Source: Candidatus Woesearchaeota archaeon (GTDB taxonomy: Archaea; Nanobdellota; Nanobdellia; Woesearchaeales; ARS49). Taken from it: a stretch of 59,397 nt of DNA. The notes below the pieces were generated by a model, which searched no databases, had not been told where the DNA came from, and saw nothing but the letters and a program-made list of their open reading frames with translations. Positions 55,901 through 59,397 of the stretch are shown here, in pieces. The stretch is taken from assembly GCA_038884575.1 (NCBI GenBank), contig JAWABQ010000004.1, forward strand, positions 1-59,397. The letters run 5' to 3'. Made by a program: the position numbers and the translations under genes. Every line of letters begins with the position of its first letter. Within the stretch, counting starts at the first letter, position 1.

Positions 55901-56065
55901 CATTTCCGCAAGCACCTGGATTGTCAGTTCGTCATTCTCCTTTGCAAAGCCGCTGACATTGTCGCTGCCTGAGAATTTCTGCACTGTAAGCTGCTGCGCA
56001 AATGCCACAGGAATCATTACCACAAGCCAGATCATTGCCAGTGCAGCAGCATGCAATGCCCTCAT
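52937..56065 (-). CDS. 1042-aa surface protein (Ig-like repeats plus hydrophobic Cys-rich C-terminal domain)
   Basis: Signal peptide; repeated ADLSKL/LDLRSL/ADLTDL and D-x-x-G-N..D-x-x-x-P modules. Confidence 0.85.
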   Translation of the reverse strand: MRALHAAALAMIWLVVMIPVAFAQQLTVQKFSGSDNVSGFAKENDELTIQVLAEMLGNPTPAVARQRALVYYGDTYTFMDSCTAQAQAMQQCTYKTRDLVYGGSDDYTIKLLDSANKEIASVSKVLTVDILAPKIVSFGISPNMSTKPLPTTITYKVEDYGYETGKTTGCSGIKLLNITANNTEIAQIASSVGNCSRTGTFAFTPQITGQSGRLSICAVATDHVNHKSAPVCRDILIDSRKPSAEVFELRDKEGYPIAYARSQQPIAADVFVKISDVDVNPSTVYADLSKLNPSLGRRPKDSQSGEWFIWRNIAVSSPSTCQITVNASDMMGNKETKTLTCTIGIDDTPPEPVAMGTLFVDEAGNALLGVNGTIFAEFKEAGSGLSKGNAFLDLRSLGLNAEAKADICEKSGTDSWKCLWSVKPSVNSGTYAVRIIPTTRDNINNQVSKTMQLNVTFDKTAPEGVRLAEIAAFRGQQRIKTNVTSLGETIEFVVEGAGFTEVFADLTDLGGAKNTLPERCEGNATKKQCVFSITTAVSGPQQTKVSFEFKDAAGNKAELSTSELFILGISNETAPNYWSVSTECSPELLDRATLSVFEHPVYCRIKMASTNKNAVPISVEGPADFSECTGNTEYVNEFRVENNYAGSTEPYAVMGLVAGDYNVNNLTVSCPLSILTRVGNFIPQNFEHDNATITLRFYNMPLGDLYNSIEDDIDDAKNRLEGAWKTIGKLEKYMSYAEKICTIANSIMSIISTIAIILSFISGAEAVVRAIPIVGPAIAQGMVGTQNAICSPNESLRKMYDTEILRWVQKFCNFLTCQSGLLDLFGVDTTDYRNYVNAYIGGFGLADAIGAGQVSTYTPGQDVPIQDPYTYFNIRESLVFSIAIPPLCLPGIIHNIDKWRQIECRYGLCMLEDFRENGMPVSVCSDQKHYMECRFITGEIFNLIPFAPLLSFFLNMLKEVLSNPLALVGAALSIVCGLACKAQQMPGLLYNMCAGARIVSELGRTVNIIKSFQSIADVGLVSDTWCEEFEDKLDEYEAEKAT

Positions 56066-58233
56066 TTTATCACCATTGGCGAAAGCAGGTCCTTGTACTG
56101 CCCTGCATATCCGAACAATTCTCCCATCACATCAAGGTCCTCGATTTTCCTGTTCGAGGCAGGAATCAGCTTGTCAAGAGCAAAATTCAGGTAGGTAAAC
56201 TCAATTGCCTTTGCTGACTTAAGCTCATCCTCTGTAATTGTCCAGTCAAACTCTGCATAGCCTGATATGTATGGCTTTTCCTTGCTGAAGACAATCGGCT
56301 CCTCAGGCACCCAGACGCATTTCCTCCTGCCAAAGCCCTGGCTGAAGCACCGCTTGTCAGGCGGTATGATAAGGTCTGGCGAAGGATAGTTGAAGCTGTA
56401 AATCGTCACGTGATAGTCTCCTGAGTACATGTTCACGCCTTTTGACGTGTCTGTGGGCGGGTCGCCGCAAGGAATTTTTGCCTTTGCAGCAGGCGAGCCG
56501 CAGACATCTGACATTATTGTCACCTGTTCCTCTGCTGCTAGGGGCTTCCTCTCAAGCATTATCATTGTGTTTTCTGTCGGACCCTGGTTCACCACCCTGC
56601 TTTGGTCAAGCTCCCAGGTGCCGCTGCCAAAAGTGCCGATTTCCTTCCTGAGCAGCATTTTTTTCACCCTGAAATCAACAGGGTAAGGCACAGCCATCAC
56701 CAAGTCCACGCTGCGGTCTGCCGCATCAGTTATGTCAAGCAGCATTGCAGCAGGGGCATAATTCTCGTGGATTGCAGAGATGACCCCTCCAATGCACCTT
56801 GGCAGCTTTTCAACAAGCAGCCCGTTTTCAGTTGTGCCAATGCCGCATGTTTCCCTGCCGCACGCATAAACAACCTCGGCATTGTCAACAGGGGCTCCAG
56901 CGCTTGTCCTGACGCGTATCGTGATATTGCCGCTTGTCCTTTGCAGTTGGTCACAAAGCATTGAATTTTTCTCCTCCAATGACGGCACAATCAGCTGGGG
57001 GCCAAGCTTTGAAAGCGGCTCATTGTTCCTCAAATTCGCCTCAAGGAAAAACCTGAGGGTGTATCCCTCGCCGCCATAGGCAGAGGGGCTTGTGATTTCC
57101 ACAAGCACAGGATAGCTCAAATCATAAGCAAAATTGTACCGCCTAACGCCAAAAAGGAACCCGAATGTGCTTGAGAACCCCTCTGGCTGGCACAGCTGGC
57201 CGTTGCAGTTAAGGTCAAAATAAGGCTTCCACCACGGCAGATAAACAAATTTTACAGTCAAAGACTTGTGCGGCTCAAGGACAGGCACTGTGAATCCGCG
57301 GTTGTAAAGCACCTCATACATCTTCTTGTTTGTGCCCAAAGGCGCCACAAGGTATCGGTAGTTGCCTGTGTAAGTCACCTTGAGCAGAGGGATATAGCTT
57401 GCAAGCATTTGGGCAATCTTTTTCTCAACATCATACTTTGTCCAGGTTACGCCCTTCCCAAACCCAAACTCCATTTCAGACACAGGGGGCAAAGCACCAG
57501 GGGTTGCCCTTCCAAAAATGTCAATCAGCGCCCTTGTGGCGCGCTCAAGGAAAGCATGCTCTGCCTCAAGGACTGTTATGTTTGTGCCAAGCGTGTAAAT
57601 TTCGTAGAAATTGACAGGAAGCTCTGCCACAAAGTCCTTGAGGTCAAACACCCTTCCGCCTGTCTCAACCTTGAGCGGGCAGGAGAGCTGAACAACAACA
57701 TTTGACTTTGTGACCTGGGCCTTTGGCGCAATCTTCCCCTCAAGAGCCACTCTGACCTCCTGCCTGCTGAACTCCTCAAAGTTTCCAAAACAGTCAGGAA
57801 GCCTTGCCTTGATGTAGTCATTAAGCTGGCTCTCAATATCCTCCAGCTGCGGCCGCTCGCTGCCAAACTCGCAGCCTGTCACGCAGGCATTGTTTGACGA
57901 AAGATGCCACCAGTAAGGCACCCTGATTTTGCTGTACGGGGCAAACTGCACTGCAGAGCCTTCTGTAGGCTGGGCAGGATTGTAGCGCTGCCTTGGGTTT
58001 ATGTAGCCGCCGCGCTCTCCAAGCTTCTGCAGCCCCTCTTTTGCAGCCAGGTAAAGGCAGCTTGTGACAAATTCGCTCACAGGCCTTGCCTCAACAGGCA
58101 CTTCTGCAATCCTGATGCGCGCTGCCTCAACAGGGCCTGCCTTTTCGCGGCTAAGGTAAAGGAAAATGCTTGCAGCAACCAAAAGAACCAATCCTATAAT
58201 TATGAAAATAGTCAGCTGCCCCTTTTTAGTCAT
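56062..58233 (-). CDS. Large class III signal-peptide (pilin-like) protein
   Basis: MTKKG/QLTIFIIIGLVLL; FVTSCL..LGERGGY; YNFAYDLSYPV. Confidence 0.85.
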   Translation of the reverse strand: MTKKGQLTIFIIIGLVLLVAASIFLYLSREKAGPVEAARIRIAEVPVEARPVSEFVTSCLYLAAKEGLQKLGERGGYINPRQRYNPAQPTEGSAVQFAPYSKIRVPYWWHLSSNNACVTGCEFGSERPQLEDIESQLNDYIKARLPDCFGNFEEFSRQEVRVALEGKIAPKAQVTKSNVVVQLSCPLKVETGGRVFDLKDFVAELPVNFYEIYTLGTNITVLEAEHAFLERATRALIDIFGRATPGALPPVSEMEFGFGKGVTWTKYDVEKKIAQMLASYIPLLKVTYTGNYRYLVAPLGTNKKMYEVLYNRGFTVPVLEPHKSLTVKFVYLPWWKPYFDLNCNGQLCQPEGFSSTFGFLFGVRRYNFAYDLSYPVLVEITSPSAYGGEGYTLRFFLEANLRNNEPLSKLGPQLIVPSLEEKNSMLCDQLQRTSGNITIRVRTSAGAPVDNAEVVYACGRETCGIGTTENGLLVEKLPRCIGGVISAIHENYAPAAMLLDITDAADRSVDLVMAVPYPVDFRVKKMLLRKEIGTFGSGTWELDQSRVVNQGPTENTMIMLERKPLAAEEQVTIMSDVCGSPAAKAKIPCGDPPTDTSKGVNMYSGDYHVTIYSFNYPSPDLIIPPDKRCFSQGFGRRKCVWVPEEPIVFSKEKPYISGYAEFDWTITEDELKSAKAIEFTYLNFALDKLIPASNRKIEDLDVMGELFGYAGQYKDLLSPMVIK

Positions 58234-58370
58234 GCTCAAACCCTTTTTCAACCGATGCACGAAAAAACCGCAGATGGGTATATAAATTTAACTATATTAT
58301 ATAGACGATGAATGTTACCTTCTGCGAATGACGATAAATATTTATATACGCTCTCCAAGAATGCAAAATT

Positions 58371-58655
58371 ATGGTTGTTGGGGAACTGGTTGAATACCTG
58401 AAGGAGCACCTTGCCCTTGGATATGACCTGCACGAGCTAAAGCTGCAGCTTGTGCGCTATGGCCATTCACCAAAAAATGTTGAGGAGGCGCTTGAAATCC
58501 TGAAAAAAGAGGCATTAAGCAGCCTGCCGCAGCCGCCGCTGCCAAGCCACGTGCCTCCTGCTGCGCAGTCCTGGCTCTTGACCCCTGCACTGCTTTTCAT
58601 CCTGCTTCTGTCAATAGGGGTTATTGTTTATTTCCTAAGAAACCCCGCGCTGTGA
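58371..58655 (+). CDS. Small protein with helical N-terminal domain and C-terminal TM
   Basis: YLKEHLALGYDLHELKLQLVRYGHS; TTTATATA ~25 nt upstream. Confidence 0.7.
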   Translation: MVVGELVEYLKEHLALGYDLHELKLQLVRYGHSPKNVEEALEILKKEALSSLPQPPLPSHVPPAAQSWLLTPALLFILLLSIGVIVYFLRNPAL

Positions 58656-58656
58656 T

Positions 58657-58908
58657 TTATTTCCTGAAACCAAGCTCTTTGTTAATCTGTCGGATTGCTG
58701 CAACGCCTTCCCTTATCTCTTTTTGCTGTTCCAGCAGTTCTTTGGCTGCTGAGCGCAGCGTTGCTGCAAATGCATCGTATCCAGACACGTCCTCTGGGCT
58801 TAATTGCTTCCCCCTGTTAATCGCAGCTGCGTGTTTTTCAAGAACCATTGCTATACCTTCCAGTGCATTTGCAAGGTTATCAGCCTCAAGATATCTTGGT
58901 TTTGCCAT
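58657..58908 (-). CDS. Small helical hypothetical protein
   Basis: 83-aa ORF. Confidence 0.55.
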   Translation of the reverse strand: MAKPRYLEADNLANALEGIAMVLEKHAAAINRGKQLSPEDVSGYDAFAATLRSAAKELLEQQKEIREGVAAIRQINKELGFRK

Positions 58909-58913
58909 TTTTT

Positions 58914-59066
58914 TCAGACATTCCTGCTGATTGTTTCAAGGGTTATTGCAACATTGTTCAATGCCTCAACATCCTCATCGCGCGCAGCGCCGGTTGCTAT
59001 CCTCTTTGAAATGCCCCTGATTATTGCGACTGCGGCAAGGATGTTTTTCCTTTCAGCAATTCCCAT
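58914..59066 (-). CDS. Small 50-aa helical protein (absent from ORF track)
   Basis: MGIAERKNILAAVAIIRGISKRIATGAARDEDVEALNNVAITLETISRNV; fits between neighbours with 5-7 nt gaps. Confidence 0.55.
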   Translation of the reverse strand: MGIAERKNILAAVAIIRGISKRIATGAARDEDVEALNNVAITLETISRNV

Positions 59067-59073
59067 TTTTTTG

Positions 59074-59397
59074 TCACTTCCTGTATTCAACAGAGTAAAT
59101 TGTCAGTGCAGCGCCGCTCAGCTCAACATCAAGCGTTATGTCCTGGCTGCCGAGGCGCTCATTGCAAGTACGGACGCAGGCTGATGCAAATGTGCCGTCC
59201 TTGCTTATCTTTACAAGGTCGTTATCAAACACAAGCAGCCTGCTGTTGCCTGTAACAGCATAAACCCTTACAAAGCCATTGCCGTCAACCTTTCCTGTGA
59301 TTGCAAGGGATTTCGGCACAACCTCAAGATGCAAAGTCCTTGACTCGCTGTCCACAAAAGCCCAGTTCAGGTCCTGCACAACCTTTGGCTCAAAAAC
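59074..59397 (-). CDS. Hypothetical protein, 5'-truncated by the window edge
   Basis: Frame open to window end; LAITGKVDGNGFVRVY..ACVRTC. Confidence 0.6.
   Translation of the reverse strand, partial: VFEPKVVQDLNWAFVDSESRTLHLEVVPKSLAITGKVDGNGFVRVYAVTGNSRLLVFDNDLVKISKDGTFASACVRTCNERLGSQDITLDVELSGAALTIYSVEYRK

Overview
Archaeal chromosomal window, very probably DPANN (Woesearchaeota-like). This is inferred from the eL24/eS28/eL8, aEF-1alpha and aEF-2 genes, intron-containing tRNAs, TATA-type promoters and class III signal peptides. It holds base-excision repair genes, a B12-dependent ribonucleotide reductase locus, eight tRNAs, a translation cluster (rpl7ae-rps28e-rpl24e-ndk-aEF2-aEF1a-rps10), a prepilin peptidase with pilin-like proteins and a ~17 kb translationally coupled operon of large surface proteins. 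The strongest candidate for an undescribed system is 5434-11182. An intact class II RNR is followed by an ATP-cone NrdJ paralog that keeps the thiyl-radical Cys and Zn-ribbon ligands but has lost all four redox cysteines and changed the catalytic Asn/Glu to Asp/Asp; it is coupled to a PduO cobalamin adenosyltransferase. Other highlights: a sigma-70 homolog behind an archaeal-type promoter, structured elements built from duplicated tRNA ends, a tandem k-turn switch in the rpl7ae leader, an MNT-MNT-HEPN fusion and several apparent pseudo-enzymes. All calls come from reading motifs by eye; no database searches were run.
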